Positions 28,517-37,995 of a stretch of 64,000 nt of DNA are shown in pieces. Position 1 is the stretch's first letter, and every line of letters begins with the position of its first letter. Made by a program: the position numbers and the translations under genes. The notes under the pieces are model-generated. The model did no database searches, was not told the origin of the DNA, and saw only the letters and a program-made list of their open reading frames with translations. Origin of the DNA: an uncultured Kordiimonas sp. (GTDB lineage: Bacteria > Pseudomonadota > Alphaproteobacteria > Sphingomonadales > Kordiimonadaceae); assembly GCA_947503625.1 (NCBI GenBank), contig CANNEK010000001.1, positions 550,152 to 614,151 on the forward strand, given 5' to 3'.

Positions 28517-28744
28517 CTACTTTTCTTTGCGCCGCCGACCGGCGAGAAACCAAAGCGCGGCCAGACTGCCTGCGCCAATAATGAAAAAAATCGATCCGCT
28601 CTCGGCGGAAACAAAAGATGCACCCAGACCAATGCCGACAGCCGTCCCCAGAATAAAGCCCATCGCAGCAACCGACCGTAGCTCCGACCGTTTTGCAACG
28701 CCAGCGATACGCATTTCCAGGTCTTTTGGTAAAGGACGTGCCAC
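28517..28744 (-). CDS. Small hypothetical membrane protein (2 TM, basic tail), 75 aa
   Basis: AAGGAG SD 8 nt before GTG at 28744; hydrophobic hairpin ending RRRKEK. Confidence 0.6.
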   Translation of the reverse strand: MARPLPKDLEMRIAGVAKRSELRSVAAMGFILGTAVGIGLGASFVSAESGSIFFIIGAGSLAALWFLAGRRRKEK

Positions 28745-28757
28745 TACCTCAGCTCCT

Positions 28758-28979
28758 TCAGTCTTGCTTGGTTTCGGTATCTTTTCGCTTTTGAACGCGG
28801 CCCGGATGAACCACAAAAGCGTACCCGATAGTGAACAGGATCACCGCGATCATGATCTGGCCCAGAAGCGGCATGGCCTCATACCCGAGATCAAGCGCCT
28901 TGTCGGCAAAAATGACAATCGCCACTCCAATGAACAGAATGCCAATACTGCGCTGGTGTTTACTCAGGAATTCACCCAT
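28758..28979 (-). CDS. Small hypothetical membrane protein (2 TM), 73 aa
   Basis: Starts 9 nt after the pccB stop with GGGGG SD; two hydrophobic segments. Confidence 0.6.
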   Translation of the reverse strand: MGEFLSKHQRSIGILFIGVAIVIFADKALDLGYEAMPLLGQIMIAVILFTIGYAFVVHPGRVQKRKDTETKQD

Positions 28980-28988
28980 GTCGCCCCC

Positions 28989-30521
28989 CTATAACGGAAT
29001 GTTATCGTGTTTCTTCCAAGGGTTTTCGAGGTCCTTGTTCGCAAGCTTTTTCAGGCCGCGTACGATGCGGCTCCGCGTATTGTGCGGCATGATTACATCA
29101 TCAATGAACCCGCGCTGCGCCGCGACAAACGGATTGGCAAACAAATCCTCATAGTCTTTGGTGCGTGCTGCGATTTTTTCCGGATCATCCTTTTCCTTGC
29201 GGTACAGGATTTCAACGGCGCCTTTCGCCCCCATGACCGCAATTTCGGCTGTTGGCCAGGCATAGTTCAAATCACCGCGCAGATGCTTGGATGCCATCAC
29301 ATCATAAGCGCCGCCGTACGCCTTGCGGGTAATAACGGTAATTTTTGGCACCGTCGCTTCACCGTAGGCAAACAGCAGCTTGGCACCGTGTTTGATAATA
29401 CCGCCATACTCCTGCGCTGTACCGGGCAGGAAACCGGGCACATCAACCAGCGTAACTATCGGGATATTGAAACAATCGCAGAACCGCACGAAACGGGCCG
29501 CTTTCTTGCTGCTGTCGATATCGAGACACCCTGCCAGCACCATCGGCTGGTTGGCAACAATACCGACCGTTTCGCCGTCCATGCGCGCGAGACCAATGAT
29601 GATATTGCCGGCATGGCGCGGCTGCAGTTCGAAAAAGTCACCTTCATCAACTACCTTGTTGATCACTTCGTGCATGTCATATGGTTTATTGGGGTTCGAA
29701 GGGATAACGGTATCAAGCGAGCTTTCGACCCGGTCTGCCTTGTCAAAAGTGGGCCTGTTTGGCGCTTTTTCCCGGTTATTCAGAGGCAAAAAGTCGAAAA
29801 AGCGACGCATCTGCGCCAGCGCTTCCACATCGTTGGCGAAGGATTTGTCCGCAACGCCCGATTTTGTTGTGTGCGTGGACGCCCCGCCAAGCTCTTCCTG
29901 TGTCACGACCTCGTTGGTTACAGTTTTCACCACATCAGGGCCTGTAACGAACATATAGCTGCTGTCTTCCACCATGAAGATGAAATCTGTCATCGCGGGG
30001 CTGTAAACGGCCCCGCCGGCGCAAGGGCCCATGATCATGGAAATCTGAGGGACAACACCAGACGCCAGAACATTCTTCTGGAACACGTCCGCGTAACCGC
30101 CGAGCGCCGCAACACCTTCCTGAATGCGGGCACCGCCGCTGTCATTCAGGCCAATGACCGGCGCGCCAACTTTCATTGCCATGTCCATAACCTTGATGAT
30201 CTTTTGCGCGTGTGTCGCAGAAAGGGAACCACCGAAGACCGTGAAATCCTGACTGTAGAGATATACAAGACGGCCATTGATGGTGCCGGAACCTGTCACA
30301 ACTCCATCGCCGGCAAACTTCTGGTCATCCATGCCAAAATCGGCGCAGCGATGCTCCACGAACATGTCGTATTCTTCGAAACTGTCACTGTCCAGCAGAA
30401 GGTCAATACGCTCCCGCGCCGTCAGCTTGCCGCGGGCATGCTGCGCTTCAATGCGTTTCTCGCCGCCGCCAAGCCGTGCCTGGTTGCGTTTGTCTTCGAG
30501 TTTTTCAAGAATTTGCTTCAT
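28989..30521 (-). CDS. pccB: Propionyl-CoA carboxylase beta subunit (carboxyltransferase)
   Basis: [65 protein letters not shown]. Confidence 0.96.
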   Translation of the reverse strand: MKQILEKLEDKRNQARLGGGEKRIEAQHARGKLTARERIDLLLDSDSFEEYDMFVEHRCADFGMDDQKFAGDGVVTGSGTINGRLVYLYSQDFTVFGGSLSATHAQKIIKVMDMAMKVGAPVIGLNDSGGARIQEGVAALGGYADVFQKNVLASGVVPQISMIMGPCAGGAVYSPAMTDFIFMVEDSSYMFVTGPDVVKTVTNEVVTQEELGGASTHTTKSGVADKSFANDVEALAQMRRFFDFLPLNNREKAPNRPTFDKADRVESSLDTVIPSNPNKPYDMHEVINKVVDEGDFFELQPRHAGNIIIGLARMDGETVGIVANQPMVLAGCLDIDSSKKAARFVRFCDCFNIPIVTLVDVPGFLPGTAQEYGGIIKHGAKLLFAYGEATVPKITVITRKAYGGAYDVMASKHLRGDLNYAWPTAEIAVMGAKGAVEILYRKEKDDPEKIAARTKDYEDLFANPFVAAQRGFIDDVIMPHNTRSRIVRGLKKLANKDLENPWKKHDNIPL

Positions 30522-30615
30522 GCGTCATACATCCCCAACCATAGCAGAACCTGTGCACGCGACCGTGCCAGTGATAGCGTTTACATATAGGTAATCTGGT
30601 TTGTTTTCCAGTATT

Positions 30616-31311
30616 TTAGGACCTTGCGAAATGCCATAAATCAAGGCCCGCCAGCATCTCGGCATGTAACCGTGCCCGCTTCTCTTCAACTTCGAGGTCC
30701 AGACCCCACAGGCTTTCCTGGTGCGTCTGCTCCAGAATGCTGTCCTGCCAGCACTGCTCGAAGTCTCTGAAGCCCTTGGCTGCCGCCAGTGCAAGCACCA
30801 CAGACCCAAGCCCGGATACAAAAGCATGAAACGCCGTCAGCGCAAAACCGTCCAGTCTGTCGATCTCGCCTGCAAGACGTTCGGTGATGCTTTCAGGCTG
30901 GCTAATGGGCAATATCCCGCTTGTGACCATTAGTTCCACGCCCATTTCACTCTTCAGCCAGCTCAGGTAAGGGTCCCACGCATCAGTCTGCGCCTTGACA
31001 AGGTCGTCAGGTTCGTCGGCGCGGTAGCACAAAACGTCGGTGTGTGCATAGGCAACCAGTTCATCAATGATCACATCCCGGCGCGGCACGACCCGGTCAA
31101 TGGCAGTATTGACCAGCCGTGTCATCGGCATGCCGGATGGGTCGACCTCGTCTCCCTGTTTCTGCCATTCGTCAGCCACTGCCTGTGCGAGCTTGCTTGT
31201 GGGCACATTCAGCGTGTTTTTGTCCGGTGTTTTGATGGTTCGCCCATCAAGAGTGACAGTATAACTATCACTCTCTGCCGCGACGGCAACAGTTTGGTAG
31301 AATTTTTTCAC
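30616..31311 (-). CDS. ATP12/ATPAF2-family chaperone
   Basis: MKKFY...LDGRTIKTP...AVADEW...MPMTRLVNTAID...YAHTDVLCYRA. Confidence 0.9.
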   Translation of the reverse strand: MKKFYQTVAVAAESDSYTVTLDGRTIKTPDKNTLNVPTSKLAQAVADEWQKQGDEVDPSGMPMTRLVNTAIDRVVPRRDVIIDELVAYAHTDVLCYRADEPDDLVKAQTDAWDPYLSWLKSEMGVELMVTSGILPISQPESITERLAGEIDRLDGFALTAFHAFVSGLGSVVLALAAAKGFRDFEQCWQDSILEQTHQESLWGLDLEVEEKRARLHAEMLAGLDLWHFARS

Positions 31312-31356
31312 TGGAAAGAAACCTTACTCGATAGAGACCTTTTGCCTGAACCTGAT

Positions 31357-31821
31357 TTAGTTGTTGGTGTCGTCTTCTGCAGTGTTATCGGCTTTCGTTT
31401 TGTCAGCCTGCTGCTTCATTTCTCGCGTAATCGCCGCCAGCTTCTTGCGCGAGTGTCGGGCCTGCTTGCGCCTGCTGCTCATTTGCTTGGCTTCAACGGC
31501 CCCTTCGGTTTTCAGGCCCGCTGTGTATTGCACATCAGATTTGATGGTGTTTTTGGCGCCCCCGGTAAGCTTGTGATATCCAAGCAGGCGGTTGCCAATG
31601 CTTGGAACACGGTAACACAAGAGCATAAACATCGCGGCCAGCACCAGAACGATGAGGAGAAGCGCAAAGGTAACGCCGGAATCGTCCGGGTTCGCGTTCA
31701 CGATATCATCTTCAAAAATATAGGCGGCAGCCGCCAGAAATGCCGCGATGGCAGAGGAAATCAAAAAGCCGATCCTGGGCTTCTGCATTTCCGTCAAAAA
31801 ATCGTCATCAGGTTGCGTCAT
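31357..31821 (-). CDS. Hypothetical 2-TM protein with basic cytoplasmic tail
   Basis: Two hydrophobic helices, SSRRKQARHSRKK; ATGA overlap with the HAD gene. Confidence 0.65.
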   Translation of the reverse strand: MTQPDDDFLTEMQKPRIGFLISSAIAAFLAAAAYIFEDDIVNANPDDSGVTFALLLIVLVLAAMFMLLCYRVPSIGNRLLGYHKLTGGAKNTIKSDVQYTAGLKTEGAVEAKQMSSRRKQARHSRKKLAAITREMKQQADKTKADNTAEDDTNN

Positions 31822-32498
31822 GTATTGCCTCCAAGCAATTCAGCTATCGGTGGCAGCTCTGAATAGGCTTCAAGCAAATGATGAGCTCCTCCCTCCAGTA
31901 GCTCGCTCTCGCTATGGTATCCCCATTTCACACCGACCGCATGGCTGCCTGCCGAGCGGGCCATCATCATATCATAGCTGGTATCGCCAACCATAATTGT
32001 CGAGGTGATATCGGCACCTGCTTCTGCCACCGCAGTATGAATCATCGAAGGATGAGGTTTTGACGGATGCCCATCCGCCGTTTGCAAGGTCACAAACACA
32101 CCGTCCAGATCATGCTCGTGGATCACACGTGCAAGCCCGCGCTGTGAGTTACCCGTTGCGACGCCCAGCAAGTATCCTGCATCCTGCAGAGATCGAATTG
32201 CCTCGCGTGTACCGGGATACAAGGGGTCGGGCTGTGCCGCTTCTTCCACCCTCATACGGTAAAACTCGCGCTTGAAAACATCGCTCATTTCTTCAATCGC
32301 TTTGGCATCATCATCAGGCCGCAGCATAGTGATAGCTTCCAAAACGCTCAGGCCAACCGTCGAACGGATACGCATATCCTCCAATCGCGGCAAACCCACT
32401 TTGTCGAAGGTCGCCTGCATGGCTTCAATGATAATGTGCTGGCTGTCCACCAAGGTGCCGTCACAGTCAAAAATCACCAGTTTGTTGGTTTCACTCAT
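31818..32498 (-). CDS. HAD-IA family hydrolase (phosphoglycolate phosphatase-like)
   Basis: IFDCDGTLVDS, VATG, PSKPHP, MVGDTSYD. Confidence 0.9.
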   Translation of the reverse strand: MSETNKLVIFDCDGTLVDSQHIIIEAMQATFDKVGLPRLEDMRIRSTVGLSVLEAITMLRPDDDAKAIEEMSDVFKREFYRMRVEEAAQPDPLYPGTREAIRSLQDAGYLLGVATGNSQRGLARVIHEHDLDGVFVTLQTADGHPSKPHPSMIHTAVAEAGADITSTIMVGDTSYDMMMARSAGSHAVGVKWGYHSESELLEGGAHHLLEAYSELPPIAELLGGNT

Positions 32499-32509
32499 CT
32501 ATGCGGCTC

Positions 32510-33484
32510 TTATTCGAAATCCGGATCTTCATAGTCGCCAACCGAAAGCCCCAGAAAGTCGAAACTGGCCTGCATATGCTCTGGCAGCGGCGCTGTAACG
32601 GTCACTGTACCGCCATCAGGGTGCGGGAAGGTAATAAAACGACTGTGAAGATGTAGTTTTCGAGAGATAGCGCCGGTCAGGAAGGCCGCCTGACCACCAT
32701 ATTTGCCATCGCCTACAATTGGGTGCCCCATTTCCGCGCAGTGCAAGCGAAGTTGGTGTGTGCGGCCGGTGTGTGGTTTCAAGGCAAGCCAAGACGCCAT
32801 CTGACCAGCATTTTCAACAACGCTGAAATCGGTCACAGACAGCTTGCCCTCTGCAGACACGACCATGCGTTCGTTGCCTTTCATATTGATTTTGTCCATA
32901 CGCACACTTATGCGGCCATCGCGGTTTTTCGGGGTCCCCGCCACCAGCGCCCAATAGCGTTTGTCCGTGTCGCGTGACTGAAAGGCCTTGGTCAGCACAA
33001 CCGCCACTTTGGCAGAGCGTGCGAGCAACAAAGTACCGGATGTATCTTTATCAAGCCGGTGCACAAGACGCGGCCGATGCTCCGAGCCAAAGCGAAGTGC
33101 ATCCAGCATGCCGTCCACATGCCGTGTCTGCCCCGTCCCGCCCTGCGTCGGCAAACCCGCTGGTTTATTGAGCGCGATCACTGCGTCATCCTTGTAGATC
33201 ACACAGTTCTGAATTGCGGTCGCATCAGCATCGCTGACTTTCGGACGGTTCGTTTTTACCACGCTTGTGGAAGGGTACGTCGCGAGAGGGGGGACACGGA
33301 TGATTTGGCCTGCCTCGACGCGCTCCTTGCCTTTAACTCGCTTGCCATCAAGGCGCACCTCGCCTTTGCGCATTATCTTTTGCAACTGACCAAATGCAAC
33401 ATCGGGGAAGTGGCGCTTAAACCAGCGATCAATGCGTGATCCGTCATCGTCCGGTTGCACTTCAATATTTTGAACACCACTCAC
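32510..33484 (-). CDS. rluC: RluA-family pseudouridine synthase (RluC-like, S4 domain)
   Basis: RIDRWF S4 domain, LNKPAG, VHRLDKDTSG, TGRTHQLR, GDGKYG; GTG overlapping the crcB stop. Confidence 0.9.
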   Translation of the reverse strand: MSGVQNIEVQPDDDGSRIDRWFKRHFPDVAFGQLQKIMRKGEVRLDGKRVKGKERVEAGQIIRVPPLATYPSTSVVKTNRPKVSDADATAIQNCVIYKDDAVIALNKPAGLPTQGGTGQTRHVDGMLDALRFGSEHRPRLVHRLDKDTSGTLLLARSAKVAVVLTKAFQSRDTDKRYWALVAGTPKNRDGRISVRMDKINMKGNERMVVSAEGKLSVTDFSVVENAGQMASWLALKPHTGRTHQLRLHCAEMGHPIVGDGKYGGQAAFLTGAISRKLHLHSRFITFPHPDGGTVTVTAPLPEHMQASFDFLGLSVGDYEDPDFE

Positions 33485-33858
33485 GCCAAAAACCTTCCCA
33501 TCCACATGCCTGCCAAAAGCGCCAGCACTCCAACTATCAGCGACCCGCCAGCATACACTGCTGCGCTTAGCCATTCGCCGCGCTCAACCAGCAAAACAGT
33601 TTCCATCGAATAGGTGGAAAATGTTGTAAAACTGCCCAGAAAACCTACAGCGAGAAACTCTCTCATGCCGGGCGTGACTGTCATTTTATGCGCGAAAGCC
33701 GTGATCAGAAAACCCATCAGCAGGCTGCCAACGATATTAACGGTAAACGTGCCCAACGGGAACCCAATTCCGGCAAGTTTGCTAACACCACCTGAAACGA
33801 AATGGCGCATCAATGCGCCGAAAGCGCCGCCGAATGCTATCGCAACAAGTGCCTGCAC
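33481..33858 (-). CDS. crcB: Fluoride efflux channel FluC/CrcB
   Basis: GGAFGALMR, PLGTFTVNIVGS, GFLGSFTTFSTY. Confidence 0.95.
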   Translation of the reverse strand: MQALVAIAFGGAFGALMRHFVSGGVSKLAGIGFPLGTFTVNIVGSLLMGFLITAFAHKMTVTPGMREFLAVGFLGSFTTFSTYSMETVLLVERGEWLSAAVYAGGSLIVGVLALLAGMWMGRFLA

Positions 33859-33869
33859 GCCTGGTTTCC

Positions 33870-34778
33870 CTATATAACGCCGAATATCCAGCCTTCTGTG
33901 CGGCGCACCATAGTCGATAGTTCCCGGGGATGCCAGTGTTTGCGATCATATGCGATATGGCGCAATCCCGCTGCCGTCATGAGGGCGTCTGTGACATCAT
34001 CAACCGTGCCGCCAACAGGTAATGGCTCACAATATGGTTTCGAGCCAAGCCCCTCAAGCGTCTGGTTCAAATCATCGATGTCCCTGACTTTGCCTTTGCT
34101 GCCGCCCAGCTTTGAGAACACAGCTGCATAGATCTCGACCAGCACCACAGACTGCCCGGTAATCTCGTCAAATGGCCATATGCCGATTGCCGGTTCCCTT
34201 CTTAACTGATTAAGCATGATCATCGTGGACAGCGCGGACTTACCAACCTGACTGGCGCCAATCAGGTTAAACACGCTTTCACATGGTCCATATTTTTCGC
34301 TGATGCAGATTTTTTCTGCTTCGCGCAACACAGGTTGGAAAAAAGCGTTGTCAACAATTGTGTCAAAAGCCCCTTGCACTTTGTTGTACTGTTGATGCCT
34401 GTAATGGCGGGTGTGTCTTTCAATGAACGGCCCTCCAAACAGGTCCTCCGCTGCTTCACACTCGGCGCCAATCTCCTGCCATAGGTCTGGCGCACACTTC
34501 GAGTTGCTGTCCCCCCTCAAGTAACCGACCTGAGCATCAAAAGGATATCCGAACGCAGCATCAATACCGACAAGCGCGCGCGCGTTCTTCGGTAAACCAA
34601 GGCCATCTGCAATCCAACGCGAACATTCGGCCCTGCTCCAGTTTTTAAGCCCGCTTGGTGGCGCCACCAACGCGGGCGCACCAGTCCCTTGTTCGCAAAC
34701 CGCGACCTTCAACCCTGGATGCCGCCTGCCCTTTGCGCCAGTCCAATCGATACCAACAAAATGTGTGATGCTGGTCAC
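33870..34778 (-). CDS. DUF429-like predicted nuclease (RNase H-like fold)
   Basis: FVGIDW, LVGIDAAFGYP, LVEIY, DDVTDAL acidic motif set. Confidence 0.65.
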   Translation of the reverse strand: MTSITHFVGIDWTGAKGRRHPGLKVAVCEQGTGAPALVAPPSGLKNWSRAECSRWIADGLGLPKNARALVGIDAAFGYPFDAQVGYLRGDSNSKCAPDLWQEIGAECEAAEDLFGGPFIERHTRHYRHQQYNKVQGAFDTIVDNAFFQPVLREAEKICISEKYGPCESVFNLIGASQVGKSALSTMIMLNQLRREPAIGIWPFDEITGQSVVLVEIYAAVFSKLGGSKGKVRDIDDLNQTLEGLGSKPYCEPLPVGGTVDDVTDALMTAAGLRHIAYDRKHWHPRELSTMVRRTEGWIFGVI

Positions 34779-34866
34779 ATCAAAAACTCCGGAGTATTGT
34801 TAGTCATTATTTGTTAAATACGAATATAATTGGCGGCACCTCAAAAGAACCAAGGGAACGCATCAA

Positions 34867-36636
34867 ATGCGCGATTTAGCACCAAACCCATACAAAACCA
34901 ACAGGTGGCTCATGTTGGTCATAACGCTATTGATAATCGCGCTTTTGGCATATCTGGGTATGAGAGAGACGCTCGAACCGATCGAAAAACCGAATAAAGC
35001 GGAATCCCGAGTAGCATTTGTCAGTCTCAACGACGTATATCGGATCAATGGCGTGCGACGGGGTGCAGAGGGTGGCATGGCACGTTTGGCTAACATAAGA
35101 AACTCTCTGGCAAAGGCTGGTTATGAAATCATTGTGCTTCACGCTGGAGACCTTCTGGCGCCATCGTTGTTGAGCGAGATGTATAAAGGCAAGCAAATGA
35201 TTGATATCATGAACTTGCTCGACGGCGAAGATCGCCCCGGATCGCTGGACCAAATGTATGTGACTTTCGGCAATCATGAATTTGACAGTTCAAGTTGCGT
35301 GAAACCTGACGCACTGATCAAGAGAGTTGAAGAATCACAATTTTACTGGCTGGCCAGCAACCTGGATTTTGACAAATGCGCTGATACAGGTGGTGCTGGC
35401 TTCGATGGTGTCGAGAACGCCGCAAACGTGATTGATAGTCGCGTTTTTAAAGCAGGCGGCATCACTTTCGGCCTGTTTGGCATAACGATTGAAGAAAGTT
35501 CTTATGCTGACCTGCTGGACGCAGCCAAAGATGACTATACGGAGTTTGCCCGCCAAATGACCGCATCGCTGAAAGCTGACGGGGCGGAGTTTGTGATAGC
35601 GGTTACTCATCTGAATAAGACAGACGATAAAATGATCCTCGACACACTCGGGGAGCAGGGTCCTGATCTCATTGTCGGAGGTCACGACCATGTTAAAATG
35701 GAATATCACTCCGCGAACGGGAGAAGTTATTACAAACAAACCGCCGATGCCCGAGACATAGGCGTATTTAAATTCAACAAAAAAGATGCCGTGGTCACCT
35801 ACAGCTACGAATCGGTGCCACTGGCAGGCAGCGCTGCTGATCCAACTATACAGCGTTCTGTTGACGCGTGGCTGAAGAGACACGAAGAAGCTTACTGCAA
35901 AAAAGAAGGACTGCTCGACAAGTGTCTGGACGAGGCTTTAGGCATGACGCTTGTGCCGTGGGAGCTGGAAGAGGTCAAAAACCGTGAACAGGAAACCGTT
36001 ATTGGCAACTGGTTTGCGGATCAATTGCTGAAAACCACTGTTCCCGATATTGGCAAATGCAATTCCACAGCGACACCGAAAGTGGCTCTTATTGGGTCTG
36101 GTGGATTGAGACTGAACTTCGACTTGCCCGAAAACTATCAGGTTCAACGCCGGGAAATAGCTGAATTGTTCACATATAGCACGCCAATCATTGCGGCTTG
36201 CACAACGGGCGCAGTGCTTCATTCCAATCTGGCTAACGGGCTGGGGAAACCTGGTGCTGGCAGGTGGCCTCATACCGCCGGAATGAAAATTACATATTCC
36301 GGCGCAGCCTTGGGAGACAAAGCTACCATACATGAAGTAAAAACCTTACAGGGCAACGTCATTGAAAATGATGACAGGCCTGTTTGGGTTTTCGCCAACT
36401 CCTACGTAGCAGCGGGTGGTCCTGTCGACGAATACGACTGGGGTATTTGTGAAAAAGACGAAGCCTGGAACAATTGCGCTGACCGAATTCTACTGGCACC
36501 TTCAGATGTCGCGGCCGCGGCACAAAAAGATGGTAAAAATTTCGACCTGAAAACGTGGATGTTGGAAAACTTCTCTGGCAAAAGCTCCATTGGCCCGGAT
36601 ACATCAACCACGACCGGACGCCTTGTCCAGAGATGA
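34867..36636 (+). CDS. 5'-nucleotidase / UDP-sugar hydrolase family metallophosphoesterase, membrane anchored
   Basis: NDVY, HAGD, GNHEFD, VTH, GGHDH; C-terminal 5'-NT domain (ETVIGNWFAD, GGLR). Confidence 0.88.
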   Translation: MRDLAPNPYKTNRWLMLVITLLIIALLAYLGMRETLEPIEKPNKAESRVAFVSLNDVYRINGVRRGAEGGMARLANIRNSLAKAGYEIIVLHAGDLLAPSLLSEMYKGKQMIDIMNLLDGEDRPGSLDQMYVTFGNHEFDSSSCVKPDALIKRVEESQFYWLASNLDFDKCADTGGAGFDGVENAANVIDSRVFKAGGITFGLFGITIEESSYADLLDAAKDDYTEFARQMTASLKADGAEFVIAVTHLNKTDDKMILDTLGEQGPDLIVGGHDHVKMEYHSANGRSYYKQTADARDIGVFKFNKKDAVVTYSYESVPLAGSAADPTIQRSVDAWLKRHEEAYCKKEGLLDKCLDEALGMTLVPWELEEVKNREQETVIGNWFADQLLKTTVPDIGKCNSTATPKVALIGSGGLRLNFDLPENYQVQRREIAELFTYSTPIIAACTTGAVLHSNLANGLGKPGAGRWPHTAGMKITYSGAALGDKATIHEVKTLQGNVIENDDRPVWVFANSYVAAGGPVDEYDWGICEKDEAWNNCADRILLAPSDVAAAAQKDGKNFDLKTWMLENFSGKSSIGPDTSTTTGRLVQR

Positions 36637-36673
36637 GTGAATACTGAACCCGCCGGTAAACAGGCAGGCAAAA

Positions 36674-37990
36674 TCAATCGCCGGTGTCTTCGTCGTCTGC
36701 TGTACCGCGGATTTTCTGAAAGTAGGCCAGACGCTTCTGAACTTCGCGCTCAAATCCACGTTCTACTGGCGTGTAAAACTGCTGGCGCGCCATATCGTCC
36801 GGGAAATAATTCTGGCCGGAAACACCGGCCTTCGTATCGTGGTCATAGGCATAGTCTTTGCCGTAGCCGATATCTTTCATCAACTGCGTCGGCGCATTCA
36901 GGATATGGGCGGGCGGCATAAGACTGCCGGTTGATTTCGCCACTCTTTTGGCTGCTTTTTCTGCCCTGTAAGCCGCATTGGACTTGGGCGCGGTTGCCAA
37001 ATACAGTACCGCCTGAGCGATCTGGAGTTCGCCTTCCGGGCTCCCGAGAAACTCGTACGCATCTTTCGCGGCCAGCGCCTGATGAATTGCCTGGGGGTCC
37101 GCCAGGCCAATATCTTCGCTTGCAAAGCGCACCAGCCGCCTGACAACATACAAGGGGTCCTCGCCTGCAACCAGCATGCGCGCCGCCCAATAAAGCGCTG
37201 CATCAGGGTCAGAACCGCGGAGGGACTTGTGCAACGCTGAAATCAGGTTGTAGTGCCCGTCCCTGTCTTTGTCGTAGATAGGTGCCCGTTGCTGCAAAAA
37301 CGTGGTCAGCCGCTTGGCATTAATGGTTTCCTCGCCCGCTGTATCGAAAAGCGTTTCAATGCAATTGAGCAGGAAACGGCCATCGCCATCTGCCATGGCT
37401 TTCAGGCTTTGGCGCGCATCGTCCGTCAGCGGCAGTCGTTTGCCAAGGTCTGCTTCAGCCCGGATAATTAGCTCGTCCAGCGCAGCGTCGCCGTGCCTGT
37501 TAAGCACCATAACCTGCATTCTGGACAGAAGAGCGCCATTGATCTCAAACGAGGGATTTTCCGTTGTTGCTCCAACAAGCGTGACGGTCCCGTTTTCGAC
37601 ATACGGCAGGAAGCCATCCTGCTGCGACCGGTTAAACCGATGAATCTCATCAACAAACAACAAGGTACCGCGACCATCCATGCGCCGCATCTTCGCGGCT
37701 TCAAATACTTTTTTCAGGTCGGCGACACCGGAAAATATTGCTGATATCTGCTCGAATGCCAGATCAGCATGATTTGCCAGCAGTCGGGCAATCGTGGTTT
37801 TGCCGGTGCCGGGTGGGCCCCATAAAATAAGACTGGACAGCTTACCTGTTGCGATCATGCGCCCAAGAGGGCCATCCGGGCCAAGAAGGTGATCCTGCCC
37901 CACAACCGAATCGATGGTGGCCGGGCGCAACCGGTCAGCCAGTGGCCGAAGCCCCTGGTCGTTTGCTGCAGATGCGAACAGGTCTGCCAT
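36674..37990 (-). CDS. rarA: Replication-associated recombination protein A (RarA/MgsA)
   Basis: PLADRLRP, GPPGTGKTT, FVDEIHRFN, GATTENPSF, ISALHKSLRGSDPDAA, APKSN. Confidence 0.96.
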   Translation of the reverse strand: MADLFASAANDQGLRPLADRLRPATIDSVVGQDHLLGPDGPLGRMIATGKLSSLILWGPPGTGKTTIARLLANHADLAFEQISAIFSGVADLKKVFEAAKMRRMDGRGTLLFVDEIHRFNRSQQDGFLPYVENGTVTLVGATTENPSFEINGALLSRMQVMVLNRHGDAALDELIIRAEADLGKRLPLTDDARQSLKAMADGDGRFLLNCIETLFDTAGEETINAKRLTTFLQQRAPIYDKDRDGHYNLISALHKSLRGSDPDAALYWAARMLVAGEDPLYVVRRLVRFASEDIGLADPQAIHQALAAKDAYEFLGSPEGELQIAQAVLYLATAPKSNAAYRAEKAAKRVAKSTGSLMPPAHILNAPTQLMKDIGYGKDYAYDHDTKAGVSGQNYFPDDMARQQFYTPVERGFEREVQKRLAYFQKIRGTADDEDTGD

Positions 37991-37995
37991 GGCGC

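Noticed and set aside
29007-30590. 527-aa plus-strand ORF
   Set aside because: Antisense shadow of pccB; no motifs or SD, and long antisense frames are common opposite conserved, codon-biased genes
32510-33574. ORF-track N-terminal extension of rluC
   Set aside because: Overlaps crcB by 94 nt; the GTG at 33484 coupled to the crcB stop is the more likely start. Similar upstream extensions were trimmed for rpmG, rpsL, rplD, rpoA and rpsM
33859-33869. Fluoride riboswitch upstream of crcB
   Set aside because: Only 11 nt separate crcB from the upstream gene and no crcB-motif sequence is visible
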